IMG/VR virus record: IMGVR_UViG_3300013126_000040
Span: 1-55,815 of that record
Source of the DNA: a virus
Lineage: Duplodnaviria; Caudoviricetes
Strand: one strand, 5' to 3'
Length of the DNA stretch: 55,815 bases
Shown here: positions 37,305 to 47,328 of the stretch, piece by piece
Layout of the letters: each line of letters opens with the position of its first letter
Position numbering within the stretch: the stretch's first letter is position 1
Notes under the pieces: generated by a model
Databases searched by the model: none
What the model was told of the DNA's origin: nothing
The model's input: the letters and a program-made list of their open reading frames with translations, nothing else
Program-made: the position numbers and the translations under genes

Positions 37305-40300
37305 GCGTATTTTTTACAATACAATCTGCTCAACCAGTTATAACTTCTCCAACTGGATTAGTAGCTATCAATGGAGAAACAATTTTTATATCTGGAGAAC
37401 AATTTAAAAATAATATTATAAAAATATCTGGAGAAAATCTATACAAATCTACATTAAATTTTTCTATTAATGGACTTAATAATCGAAATATTTCTGGCGT
37501 AAATAATACATTAAGTGACAATGTTGTTGGATTTACTTTATCTGGAATTACTCCTTCAAAATATAAAATTTACGTTTATAATGACGCAAGTATTTCAAGT
37601 AATTATATTAATCTAAATGTTCTGAACGTGCCTTCTATAAGTGGTTTTGATGATGTGAATGTGTTACCTGGACAATACGTAAGAGTATCTGGTAGTGATT
37701 TTGTTCCAGGAGCAAATATAGCATTCATAGATAACAGTGGCAATAAAATAGTTCCGTCTTTCCAAGAGACAGGGTTATATAGAATAACAGGAGCCCAAAT
37801 TCAAAGTTATGGCTCTGGATATAATATCGGTAATACATTTCATTTACAAGGTCTTAAGAATTATACTCCAAATTCATATGGAGTACTAACAGTAACTACT
37901 ACTGGAATAAATGGATCTTTAGGTAGTTTTAACATAAATAATTCTGGTATTTTCACTGTACCAAATCAAAGCTCTGGTATTGAATTTATTCCTAATAATG
38001 GCGCAGGTAGAAATGCTTTAATCGATGTGTTTTATGAAAAATATGAAAATACCGGCTTAATACAATTCTTAGAATTTCAAGTCCCATACAACATTCGAAA
38101 ATATCAAAGCGGTATAGTAGAGAATCTAAAATATAGAGGAATTTCTAGTGGGGCAAAATTTAGTAGTTTTTATATAGCTGGATATCCAAATATATATGGA
38201 TTTTATCCTCAAACAGGACTAATAGAATCAACGCAAATATTATTGAGTGGAGATAATTTATCATTTGTACAAAATATCAAAATCGGAGAGAAATCAATAT
38301 TTCCTTATGATATAATAGGAGATACAGGAATATATTTTAATCTCCCTAATTATAGTTCGTCTGATTATATTGATTTGTCTGGTGTTTATGGTTCAGATAA
38401 AAGTAAAAATATTTTAAATGTTTTTTATCCTCCAGTTCTGGCTAGCGGATTTACCCCAAATGATGTGTTAGCTGGAACAGGAACTCTTGTCAATATAAGT
38501 GGAAAATATCTACAACGTATTAATTATATAAATCTAGGACAACCAAATGTCTTGAGAAAAGATATAACAGTAAACGCTAATGCAGATAGAGCTTCATTTG
38601 TATTACCTAACAACTATACTACAACATCTCTTCGTATATTTTCCGTAGACTTTCCAGATTCTGGGACATTAATAGCATCTCCTAGTTCAAATAATCTTTT
38701 AATTTCTACTGTTAGATTATCAGAAAATAATGTTAATATAAGATATTTGTCTGGAATACAAGGAGCAAAGTATTTAGATGAAATTGAAATTTATAGTTCT
38801 AGTGGAACATCTGGAGATTATGGCAATCTAACTAATTCAGATGTATTTTTCCTTGGAATTACTGGTCATTTAGACGCGCCAAATGATTATTTGATTAGTG
38901 GCATTAAAACTCATAATTCTGCAACTGGTATTAGGTTTAGAGTTCCACGAGAAGTAAGAAATCCTCAAGCAAGAATTAGAATTAAAAGAAATCGTTTTGG
39001 AGAGAGTTATATACTGCCCTCAAATAAATCAATTGATATTTTGCCAACAATTCATAGTTGTTCTTCTTCAAATACTTTATATAATAGTCTCGGATACATA
39101 ACGATTTCAGGAATTAACGCTTCAAATGCTAATTTAATATATTTTAGTGGTTATCCAGGAACTCAAAATCTTTTAGGTTACAAAGAGATAAAAAATTTTC
39201 CATTAGAGATTGTAAATAAAGATTTAACTCAAATCACAGGGGTTAATGGTGTTGGAGGAAATAATCTAGATGGATATTCAGTATTCGAAGCTAAATTAGG
39301 AGGCGATATTACTGGGTCAGGGGAACTATTTTTGTTTAATAATTATTATGACACTGGAATTGGATATGAAGATTTAATCATAACAAGAAATAGAAACGTA
39401 AGAGTATCAGCTATAAGTGGGTTTAGACCTCCTAATTCAGATATATTCACAAGTCCTGGTTATGTTTCCACTCCATTAGAAAATCCATTTTTTTATCAAA
39501 TACAAACAAATTCAAGAGCAACTAGATTTGAATTTTCTGCAACAACTATTTCAGGAGTTGGAGATGGAGATTATCCAACTGGTATAGAAACATATTTAAA
39601 TAGTGCAAATCAAATATTTGGTCAGCCTTTAGTTGGAGGAATTTTTTATCTAAAGATTCGGGCTTTAGATGGAGAAAGACCAAATGAAGGCATGATATTA
39701 AATCTTGCGGTTGGATATTCTGGTAGATCATTGAGCGGTCCAGGTATCACATTTAGAGGTCCATGGAAATATGGAGTAGGATATGTAGGCAGTAATTTAA
39801 GAAGAGATGTGGTAAAATACTCAAGAGAAGGAGTAAATCACTGGTATGCAGCTTATACAAATATAGATTCAGAGCCTCAAGCAGGAAATCCAAATTGGAT
39901 TCCATTCACTAACGAATTTGCAGCAACTGCTACTCAAATATTGCTTGCTGAAGAATCAAACATTACCAATGCATTAAATATAGGTCAAGAAGGAGTTCCA
40001 AGTGGATATATTAAAACTGTTAATGACAAAAATGTAGATGAGGGCAGCGGATTTTATTTAGGTTACGACAATAGATACAACTTTGGAAAACCAAAATTTA
40101 GAGTTGGAAACCAAGATGGATATATTAAATTTGATGGAGAAGGTTTAGATATTCTAGGTCCTTTATCTGGAGTTATTACAACTTCTAAAAATATTAAAAA
40201 TGCAAATAATATTGTTGAGGCAGATTCTTCCGTAGCTTTAGGAATTAATAATAAAATTGATAGGAAAACCGACAATGTATTTATATTTGGAACTTCTAAT

Positions 40301-42808
40301 ATTATAACAGGCTCCAGAAGATGTAGTATTGTAGCGGGTAAAGATAATAAGATATCTACAGTACAAAATTTTTATAGCGATAGTTCAACTATAGGTGGGG
40401 GTGAAAGTAATATTATATATGGTTCTTATTGCAATATTATGGGCGGTTATGGAAATATTGTTGATGCAACTTCAACAGGACTATCTGCTATTGCAAACGA
40501 ATCATTTATTACTAAGATTAGTGGTGGAAATGTATTTCTAATTGAATATATTGCTCAAATTTTCACAAATGATCTTTCATTTTTAATTAATTTAGAAAGC
40601 AATAAAGATATTTATCAGATTGAAAATGTCTCGGGCATCAAAACTACAGATTATACTTTAGATATATATCCAGCTTTAGAGCAAGACAATGTTCTCAAGG
40701 TTCATAATTGGATCAGTCTACTATCTGAAAATTTATATTCTGGATCTTTCGTAGCGGCAGATGGAACGAATAAAATATGTGAGTTTAAAACTGCAAGAAC
40801 AGGTTTAGACATAGGCGTAAAAAATCAAAGAGTAAAATTTAATAAAAATTATGTAAATTATACTGGAGGAAATGATTTAGTTCTATTAGATTATACAATA
40901 TCAAATGATGGAAATTATAAATTATCTACAATTAGCGGGATTGATCGTAGTGGATTTAATATAGAACTTGCAAATAGTTTAAATGCTCCTGGAAATATAA
41001 ATTATTTTGTTGGTCCCACAGGTTATTATACAGGCACAGATCAGAATATTGGTTCTTCTCTAGAAATTTCTTACAAATATCCTTTTGCAAATTTACTTAC
41101 AGGAAATAAAACTTATTTTGACTTAGATCTAAAGTCTAGATCCAGAATAAACTTCTTTAATTTATATGATCGAGGAACAGAATATTTTTATCTTGCTCAT
41201 TGCTCTGGCTCTGGAGATAACAGATTAAAATTTAATTTGGCGACAGAAATAAACCCTGCAAGCGACGGATATTTAGGCATTAATGTATTAGGCTATACAG
41301 GCAATGTTTTCAATAATAATATCCAAATTTATCAGACCGGCATAGCTCCTGGTTCTAATATTTATCAAATCAATTTAATATCTGGAATAACTGGATTAAA
41401 CCAAGACTATGCAACATTTATAAATATTATTCAAACAGGTTCTGCTTTAGAAAATTATTACAATCATTATACATCTGGATTACAAACTGGACGTTTTTCT
41501 TTAAATTATACAGAAAAAATAAAAGAAAATCACACATTAAATATTGGAGTATATAGAACTGGATATTACGCTTTTGATAATGCTAATTTTTATGTTAATA
41601 AAATTACATGCGCCGGTAATTATAATAATAATATTGTTCCTATTAATTTTAATAGGACTTTAACAAATGTGCCTACTGTATTTTTATCTGTAGAGAATAT
41701 AAATTCAGATAATAATTATTTATTAAATTTAGATCATATTTCTAAAACTGGTATGTTTGTAAAACTTTCTAATAAAATTAACCCTGGAGAATCTATAAAG
41801 ATAAATTATTTAGCTATAGATAGAACAGGAAGTAATTCGTTTAACGCTAGATCTTATAAAATTACAGATCAAAATATAAATTTTACAGGCAAAGCTTATA
41901 TCGATTTACCTGCAGAGTTCAATCATTCTGAATTGAGAATATTCGGCAAAGCCTATAGTGAAAACTTTGTATACTTGCATAATATATACGAAAAAGATAA
42001 TAATAGTTTTTCATTTACATTATCAGATAAGTTATCTTATAGTGCAATGACAGGTTTAAGATATGATTATATGGTCACAGATCTTGATAGAGATTTTAAT
42101 GTGGCGAAAGCAAATTTAAGTATATTTAATTATGCTCGTTTAGCGGCATTTGGATTTAATGATATAGGTAGTTCTACTATAGGCGGTGGAACAGGGAATT
42201 ACATTAAAGGGTTAGTATCAAGTATCGCAGGTGGGGTCAATAATACTATCGTAGGTGATTTCAATCTTATTCCTGGAGGAAGAAGCAATGGTATTATTGA
42301 CGCAGCGAATTTAAATTCTCAATATCCTAAGAGCGCATTTTGTACAGTCGTTGGAGGAAGCAATAATTTAATTACTGGTAATCTACAGTATACAAATATT
42401 GTTGGAGGTTCTGGAAATTTGATAGTTAATAATGATCAGATAGAAGAAAGGGGTTACTCTTCGATAATAGGAGGTACCGCAAATATATTATCTGGAATTT
42501 TTTCTAATATCTTAGGTGGATCAAATAATTTAGTAAGTGGAGCTTATAGTAATGCTTTAGGTAAAAACATTAATATTACAAGTTCGGGATCTACAGTTTT
42601 TAGTGATGCTTCTAGTGGAATTAAAAACATATCTCAAGCAAATACGATGGTACTAAATTTTGCTAATGGAGTTTATATCACTGGAAATAGAACAAATATG
42701 TCTCCAATTATTTTAGATGTAACTAAACTACCACAGCACACAAATACATCTTCTTTACCAGTAGGTGGAGTATATCGTAGCGGCAGCTTCTTAATGATTA
42801 AAAATTAA
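37301..42808 (+). CDS. Large tail fibre protein with IPT/TIG repeats and Gly-rich beta-helix-like repeats
   Basis: 1835 aa. IPT units (P.ISGF....V.PG..V.VSG; GFTP.....GT...V.ISG..L); (S/T)I.GG..N repeats; C-terminal LP.GGVY..G..L.I motif. Confidence 0.78.
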   Translation: MSVFFTIQSAQPVITSPTGLVAINGETIFISGEQFKNNIIKISGENLYKSTLNFSINGLNNRNISGVNNTLSDNVVGFTLSGITPSKYKIYVYNDASISSNYINLNVLNVPSISGFDDVNVLPGQYVRVSGSDFVPGANIAFIDNSGNKIVPSFQETGLYRITGAQIQSYGSGYNIGNTFHLQGLKNYTPNSYGVLTVTTTGINGSLGSFNINNSGIFTVPNQSSGIEFIPNNGAGRNALIDVFYEKYENTGLIQFLEFQVPYNIRKYQSGIVENLKYRGISSGAKFSSFYIAGYPNIYGFYPQTGLIESTQILLSGDNLSFVQNIKIGEKSIFPYDIIGDTGIYFNLPNYSSSDYIDLSGVYGSDKSKNILNVFYPPVLASGFTPNDVLAGTGTLVNISGKYLQRINYINLGQPNVLRKDITVNANADRASFVLPNNYTTTSLRIFSVDFPDSGTLIASPSSNNLLISTVRLSENNVNIRYLSGIQGAKYLDEIEIYSSSGTSGDYGNLTNSDVFFLGITGHLDAPNDYLISGIKTHNSATGIRFRVPREVRNPQARIRIKRNRFGESYILPSNKSIDILPTIHSCSSSNTLYNSLGYITISGINASNANLIYFSGYPGTQNLLGYKEIKNFPLEIVNKDLTQITGVNGVGGNNLDGYSVFEAKLGGDITGSGELFLFNNYYDTGIGYEDLIITRNRNVRVSAISGFRPPNSDIFTSPGYVSTPLENPFFYQIQTNSRATRFEFSATTISGVGDGDYPTGIETYLNSANQIFGQPLVGGIFYLKIRALDGERPNEGMILNLAVGYSGRSLSGPGITFRGPWKYGVGYVGSNLRRDVVKYSREGVNHWYAAYTNIDSEPQAGNPNWIPFTNEFAATATQILLAEESNITNALNIGQEGVPSGYIKTVNDKNVDEGSGFYLGYDNRYNFGKPKFRVGNQDGYIKFDGEGLDILGPLSGVITTSKNIKNANNIVEADSSVALGINNKIDRKTDNVFIFGTSNIITGSRRCSIVAGKDNKISTVQNFYSDSSTIGGGESNIIYGSYCNIMGGYGNIVDATSTGLSAIANESFITKISGGNVFLIEYIAQIFTNDLSFLINLESNKDIYQIENVSGIKTTDYTLDIYPALEQDNVLKVHNWISLLSENLYSGSFVAADGTNKICEFKTARTGLDIGVKNQRVKFNKNYVNYTGGNDLVLLDYTISNDGNYKLSTISGIDRSGFNIELANSLNAPGNINYFVGPTGYYTGTDQNIGSSLEISYKYPFANLLTGNKTYFDLDLKSRSRINFFNLYDRGTEYFYLAHCSGSGDNRLKFNLATEINPASDGYLGINVLGYTGNVFNNNIQIYQTGIAPGSNIYQINLISGITGLNQDYATFINIIQTGSALENYYNHYTSGLQTGRFSLNYTEKIKENHTLNIGVYRTGYYAFDNANFYVNKITCAGNYNNNIVPINFNRTLTNVPTVFLSVENINSDNNYLLNLDHISKTGMFVKLSNKINPGESIKINYLAIDRTGSNSFNARSYKITDQNINFTGKAYIDLPAEFNHSELRIFGKAYSENFVYLHNIYEKDNNSFSFTLSDKLSYSAMTGLRYDYMVTDLDRDFNVAKANLSIFNYARLAAFGFNDIGSSTIGGGTGNYIKGLVSSIAGGVNNTIVGDFNLIPGGRSNGIIDAANLNSQYPKSAFCTVVGGSNNLITGNLQYTNIVGGSGNLIVNNDQIEERGYSSIIGGTANILSGIFSNILGGSNNLVSGAYSNALGKNINITSSGSTVFSDASSGIKNISQANTMVLNFANGVYITGNRTNMSPIILDVTKLPQHTNTSSLPVGGVYRSGSFLMIKN

Positions 42809-43593
42809 ACTTTTTTAAGTCTTTCTATTAATTCAAATACTTTGCTTTTAGGAATATCTTTAATAGAATTTAAAGATTCTGCATTCTCAAATTTTTCTTT
42901 TACAAGTTTTTTCTTTAAAATTTCAAATGTAATATTTTTTTCTTGCATAATTTTTTCCAAAAGAACCGTGGGATTCATTGGATTTTCTTTTTCTACGTCT
43001 TCTTTCGCTACTAATCCGAGTTTTGCGTCTCCTAACTCTTCTTGAGACACGATATTAATTTTTAAAAAGTTACGAACACATCTTACAAACGCTCTATTCT
43101 CTGCGATTGCGGCGAGAAAATATCTGGCAAAATCTTTTGTATTAACAAGCGAAGCATCTGCAAGCGCTTCAAATACAACTGGACGATTTTCTGTTTCATA
43201 ATTTGGAATCCAAGTGATTCTACAAGAAGTAGCGAAATAGTTATCTGTAGCTGTTATCACTTTATATTCGACACTTGTAAAACCTCTTATTTGAGATAGC
43301 TCTTTAATTCCGCCTAAAAGTATCAGCAGATCTTTATCTTCTAATTTTGATACGTCTGTCTCTTGGGTCCTCTGTCTATTTGGCACAAGATATTGTTGTT
43401 TTACCATTGCTCTCCAGTTTATAGAACCATCATCATTAAATTGATAAGATATATTATCGTTCTCTAATAGACCATATTGATTTCTAATAAATAGTTTTGG
43501 AGGAGTTATTTTTGATTGAGCCATAGTAATCTCTGTTTTAATTGTGTTTAATTTGCTAAGTTCCGAACTGCCCAATGAAATTGTTTCTTGCAT
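42805..43593 (-). CDS. Rad52/Sak-like ssDNA annealing protein
   Basis: LAAIAENRAFVRCVRNFL.I..VS.EEL motif; short C-terminal helical domain. Confidence 0.6.
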   Translation of the reverse strand: MQETISLGSSELSKLNTIKTEITMAQSKITPPKLFIRNQYGLLENDNISYQFNDDGSINWRAMVKQQYLVPNRQRTQETDVSKLEDKDLLILLGGIKELSQIRGFTSVEYKVITATDNYFATSCRITWIPNYETENRPVVFEALADASLVNTKDFARYFLAAIAENRAFVRCVRNFLKINIVSQEELGDAKLGLVAKEDVEKENPMNPTVLLEKIMQEKNITFEILKKKLVKEKFENAESLNSIKDIPKSKVFELIERLKKV

Positions 43594-43599
43594 TTTTTA

Positions 43600-43628
43600 A
43601 TATTACTATATATTTAAATATTTGTCAA
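43600..43628 (-). promoter_or_regulatory. Sigma70-like promoter
   Basis: TTGACA-N17-TAATAT, 6 nt before the ATG. Confidence 0.75.
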
Positions 43629-44795
43629 CTCAAATATATATAAATATTTTGCTTCTTCCCAAAACTCTGGGGTATCAATTATTCTAATAGGTTTTCCTTC
43701 AAATGGCACTTTCTTTAAATATGCAGCTTTAGAATTATATATTTTACCTTCACTAATAGTTATTTTATTACATTTATAATATAGATTACTTATAAGATCT
43801 TTATTATCTTTCATTTTCTTAATGTCTTCTTTCGTGGTTTTATTTAATTTTAATACTTGGGCAGAATCAATATAATCTAATTTTATTGATTTAATAAAAT
43901 CTTCAGATAGAAAACTAGATAATACAAATGGTTTTCCAAGTTTTTTAAGATCTTTTGCAAAATTTGGACTGTGGTCTTCATTAAGATCACAGATAATCTG
44001 AGAAATATTATTTTTATATTTATTCAATAAATCATATCTTATAGGTTTTGAGGTAACTATAGAGCAGTTATTTCTTTTTAATTGCTCTTCTAGAACCTCT
44101 TCATTAAATTCATAATCCATTCTCATAATTAATGAGTTGACTCCTAATTTAGATATATCTGCTATGACAGAATTTGGTACGGATTCTATTAATTTCCTAT
44201 TGTAATCTTGGCCTAAATGTACAGTTTTAATATTGCATTTATCTAAATTCAAAAATTCCAATACAGCATTAGCTATCTCAATTGGATCTATCTCATTAAT
44301 TGTCTTGGGTGATTCTTCTGCTGAATAGCTTGGTTTTCTATTTTCTTTATCTATTTCTAAAATTTTAACGTTATTTTTAGAACTAAAATATGGCCCTGCA
44401 TTTTCTGGTCTACTATTAGAATATAATACAACTATAGGCTTATCATAATTACTAGCTATATGAACCCCAAAACTATCTGCACCAAAATGTAACAAACTTC
44501 TTTTAATTACATATGCTGCCTGATTAATTGTTGTCTTGCCTTGTAAATGATAACAATTTTCTATTGGTTTTTCATCTTTCCCACCGATTTGTATAATGTG
44601 AATATTTTTCTCGTTTAATTTTGGAATTAATTGGTTAATTACTTCTTGCCAAAAATCATAACTTTTTGAAGTATGTTTACTGCAGGGTTGAAAAGATATA
44701 TATTGATCAAAAGGGATTGGGCAATATTTTTCGTATATAAATGGTTTATCAATTTTTAAGCCACAATTAAGAGCGTATGTTTCAACTAGATGCAT
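43614..44795 (-). CDS. Glycosyltransferase family 9-like, C-terminal lobe only, plus an unknown domain
   Basis: K.Y..WQEVI..L, IIQIG, L.GKTTI.Q....I, GADSFGVHIA...KP.V.LY motifs; the N-terminal IGD lobe is absent. Confidence 0.75.
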   Translation of the reverse strand: MHLVETYALNCGLKIDKPFIYEKYCPIPFDQYISFQPCSKHTSKSYDFWQEVINQLIPKLNEKNIHIIQIGGKDEKPIENCYHLQGKTTINQAAYVIKRSLLHFGADSFGVHIASNYDKPIVVLYSNSRPENAGPYFSSKNNVKILEIDKENRKPSYSAEESPKTINEIDPIEIANAVLEFLNLDKCNIKTVHLGQDYNRKLIESVPNSVIADISKLGVNSLIMRMDYEFNEEVLEEQLKRNNCSIVTSKPIRYDLLNKYKNNISQIICDLNEDHSPNFAKDLKKLGKPFVLSSFLSEDFIKSIKLDYIDSAQVLKLNKTTKEDIKKMKDNKDLISNLYYKCNKITISEGKIYNSKAAYLKKVPFEGKPIRIIDTPEFWEEAKYLYIFELTNI

Positions 44796-46701
44796 ATTTG
44801 TAATCCTTGTAAGCTATGTTAGTCTTTCCATTATGAAGATAAGTTAAAACTCTTTGAGTCTGAGTATAGGGCAAAAATGCTATATCAAAATACCCTTTAT
44901 GAGGTCCAATTCCTTCAAGCCAAACTAAACTGTCCATTTGAGATATGTATTGAATCACCTTATGAATATAAGGATTCGCTTCTAGCACCTCAAAATATTC
45001 TGGTTTTGTCGCTACGTACAGATTGTATTCTGGATATTGTTCTTTAATAGATTTGAATAAGCTAGTAGATAAGAATACATCGCCTATACTTTCTGGCATC
45101 ACATAAAGTAGTCTTTTTCCTTCATCGTCTTTATCTAGAAGATCTTCAAAAGATATAGATTTATTTTTATTATTATCTTGCAAGGCGACTTGTCGAAAAT
45201 AGTTTTCTATGTCTACTCTTTTTGTACCCTTACTAATTTCATTCATCCAATATCTGTGTCCTTCATCACCCTCGTTAACATCTTTCATTTTTAAAATATT
45301 ATGATACATAAATTTTAACCAGTCTGAATCATTTTTTATATCTGGTATTTGGACATAGGGATCTTTTTCTTCTGTTTTGAAACTGATATCTTTATCTAAA
45401 AAAGAACAAGAATCAATAAAGTCTTCAATAAATTTACCTATAATTTCGACTGAATAATTATTTATTGTCCATTCTCTAGCTTGTTTTCCAAGCTCTCTTC
45501 TTTCTTGTAAACTCATCGAGTAGACTATCTTTAGATTTTCTGCTATAGAATTTGGATCGGTTGAAGCTTTAATAAATTCTGTTCCATGCTCTCTATATTC
45601 AAACCAATTCAGTGCTAAACTTCCTGCTTCTTTTTTGCACATTTCTTCTCCACAGCTATAGTTCGTGACTAGGGTGATCAACTCTGTTAATTTTGCTTCT
45701 TGAATAGGAATCTCTTGTCCTCCGCTAGTAAATGGATGACAGTAAACATCCATCAAATTATATATTTCATTTAATTCTTGTTCTGAGACCCCTAATCCTA
45801 CATTAGTTGTAGTTAAAGTTTTCTCTGCTCCGCAAATATCGCAATTCTGCTCTTGTCCTACGAAATTTTTAACTTTATATGATCCACATGATTTACATAT
45901 ATATGTTGTATAAATATCTTTTTCATCTATATGATACTCTTTTGCCAATTTCATTATATTCCAGCCTTCTCCAAAACTAGTATGTAAAAGTAGTCCAGAA
46001 TTTATTATATTATTTTCTTTCTTCCATTTTGCATATCCTTCTAATAGATTAGGAACGCTCTTTCTTAATTGATTTCTAAACACAAATCCAACAATAAATT
46101 TATCTTGATTGATTTCGAATTTTTTTCTAAGGCTTAACCTTTCTTGATCAGACAAGCGATAGAAATTCTCTGTATCTAAAGCTCCATGAACAGTTTTAAC
46201 ATGATTATGTCCTGCTTTATGTAATTCTTTTGTAGCAAAATCGCTCCAAATCCAATAATTTTTGACTTTAGGTGCACATTTTACTGCGGAGTCTAGTATA
46301 GGTAAAGAATCTAAAGTGGTCCAAATGACTGAATTAATTTTCCCAAACCATGGCTTATCAATAGCAAAGTCTACTCCCCATATATCTTGGACAGCTATAT
46401 ATACGTCCGGCTTTTCATCTTTTATAATTTCATCTAAAAGATACGCTCCATAGCTTGCTAGCCTAGCTAAATGTGGGTCCTTATTTAATTTTTCGACTTC
46501 TTGTTGGGTATTTGGTAATGCACCACAACTTTTCCAAGGAGTTCTTTCTAGTTGACCATTTCCTTTTTGCATACCGCAACAGTAATGAACTATATCATAT
46601 TTTCCAGTTTTATATAAATGTTTTAAAATTGCTTTAGCATTCCTGCCAAAGCCTGTTTTAGCTAATGAAAAATCCGACTGAAAAACAATCTTTTTTCGCA
46701 T
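44782..46701 (-). CDS. GT4-like glycosyltransferase with Zn ribbon, DUF4214-like domain and GT9 N-terminal lobe
   Basis: TGFGR, RNQLRK, YNLMDVYCHPFTSGGQEIPIQEA motifs; CxxC...CxxC; C-terminal ESIGDV...IK..YP....YV.T. ATG at 46701 is preferred to the TTG at 46713. Confidence 0.85.
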   Translation of the reverse strand: MRKKIVFQSDFSLAKTGFGRNAKAILKHLYKTGKYDIVHYCCGMQKGNGQLERTPWKSCGALPNTQQEVEKLNKDPHLARLASYGAYLLDEIIKDEKPDVYIAVQDIWGVDFAIDKPWFGKINSVIWTTLDSLPILDSAVKCAPKVKNYWIWSDFATKELHKAGHNHVKTVHGALDTENFYRLSDQERLSLRKKFEINQDKFIVGFVFRNQLRKSVPNLLEGYAKWKKENNIINSGLLLHTSFGEGWNIMKLAKEYHIDEKDIYTTYICKSCGSYKVKNFVGQEQNCDICGAEKTLTTTNVGLGVSEQELNEIYNLMDVYCHPFTSGGQEIPIQEAKLTELITLVTNYSCGEEMCKKEAGSLALNWFEYREHGTEFIKASTDPNSIAENLKIVYSMSLQERRELGKQAREWTINNYSVEIIGKFIEDFIDSCSFLDKDISFKTEEKDPYVQIPDIKNDSDWLKFMYHNILKMKDVNEGDEGHRYWMNEISKGTKRVDIENYFRQVALQDNNKNKSISFEDLLDKDDEGKRLLYVMPESIGDVFLSTSLFKSIKEQYPEYNLYVATKPEYFEVLEANPYIHKVIQYISQMDSLVWLEGIGPHKGYFDIAFLPYTQTQRVLTYLHNGKTNIAYKDYKYASS

Positions 46702-46706
46702 TCTTT

Positions 46707-47291
46707 TTACCAAAGATCATCTTCTTGTTCTGAAAGATTACCTTCTTCTGTTAGATCTTCCACATCGTCTTTTTGCTTTCTACTTTCTATAGCTTTTGAC
46801 TTTGCATTTTTAAGTTTTTTAATTTCTTCGCTGCGTTCCGTGGAAAATATATGACTCAATCCAAATTTAATATATTCCGCAACCATTCTAGCTTCTGCAA
46901 ATGTAAAGCCAATAAGAAAACTGATCGCTGGTTGTGTAGTCTGGGCTTTTGAATTTTTAATTACATTAAGGCTATACCCAACTTGCTTGTCTTCTCTAAT
47001 ATAAGGAGAGAATTTAATCCCTAGTTTTTGATTTTCTGAATTATGAAAAAAATCTGCTGTTCTATTATTATCTAGAGCATCTAAAATACCACAAACTTCG
47101 ATTTTTGATAATTTAACTACCACTTTCTTCTCTGGATTCTGAGCATTTTCTGAGAAACTACCAATTTTCTTTTGGTCATTCCAGGACGCTTGTTTAATTA
47201 AATTTAAATAAAAATTGCCATCTAAATTATTAAATGAAAAGCTGCAAGCTGTTCCGGTGTTGCGAGGAGTTGGTTTATAAATTTGTATCAT
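46707..47291 (-). CDS. Putative ssDNA-binding protein (PC4/Whirly-like)
   Basis: Twice-repeated beta-strands-plus-helix pattern, acidic tail ending EQEDDLW, located next to the polymerase. Confidence 0.45.
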   Translation of the reverse strand: MIQIYKPTPRNTGTACSFSFNNLDGNFYLNLIKQASWNDQKKIGSFSENAQNPEKKVVVKLSKIEVCGILDALDNNRTADFFHNSENQKLGIKFSPYIREDKQVGYSLNVIKNSKAQTTQPAISFLIGFTFAEARMVAEYIKFGLSHIFSTERSEEIKKLKNAKSKAIESRKQKDDVEDLTEEGNLSEQEDDLW

Positions 47292-47298
47292 ATATTAT

Positions 47299-47327
47299 AT
47301 ATTATCACATACTAAATAATAAATCAA
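47299..47327 (-). promoter_or_regulatory. Sigma70-like promoter
   Basis: TTGATT-N17-TAATAT, 7 nt before the ATG. Confidence 0.6.
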
Positions 47328-47328
47328 A

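Noticed and set aside
2628-42808. Contractile injection system or myovirus tail
   Set aside because: No sheath or baseplate wedge genes; the tip is lambda-like and linked to phage replication genes.
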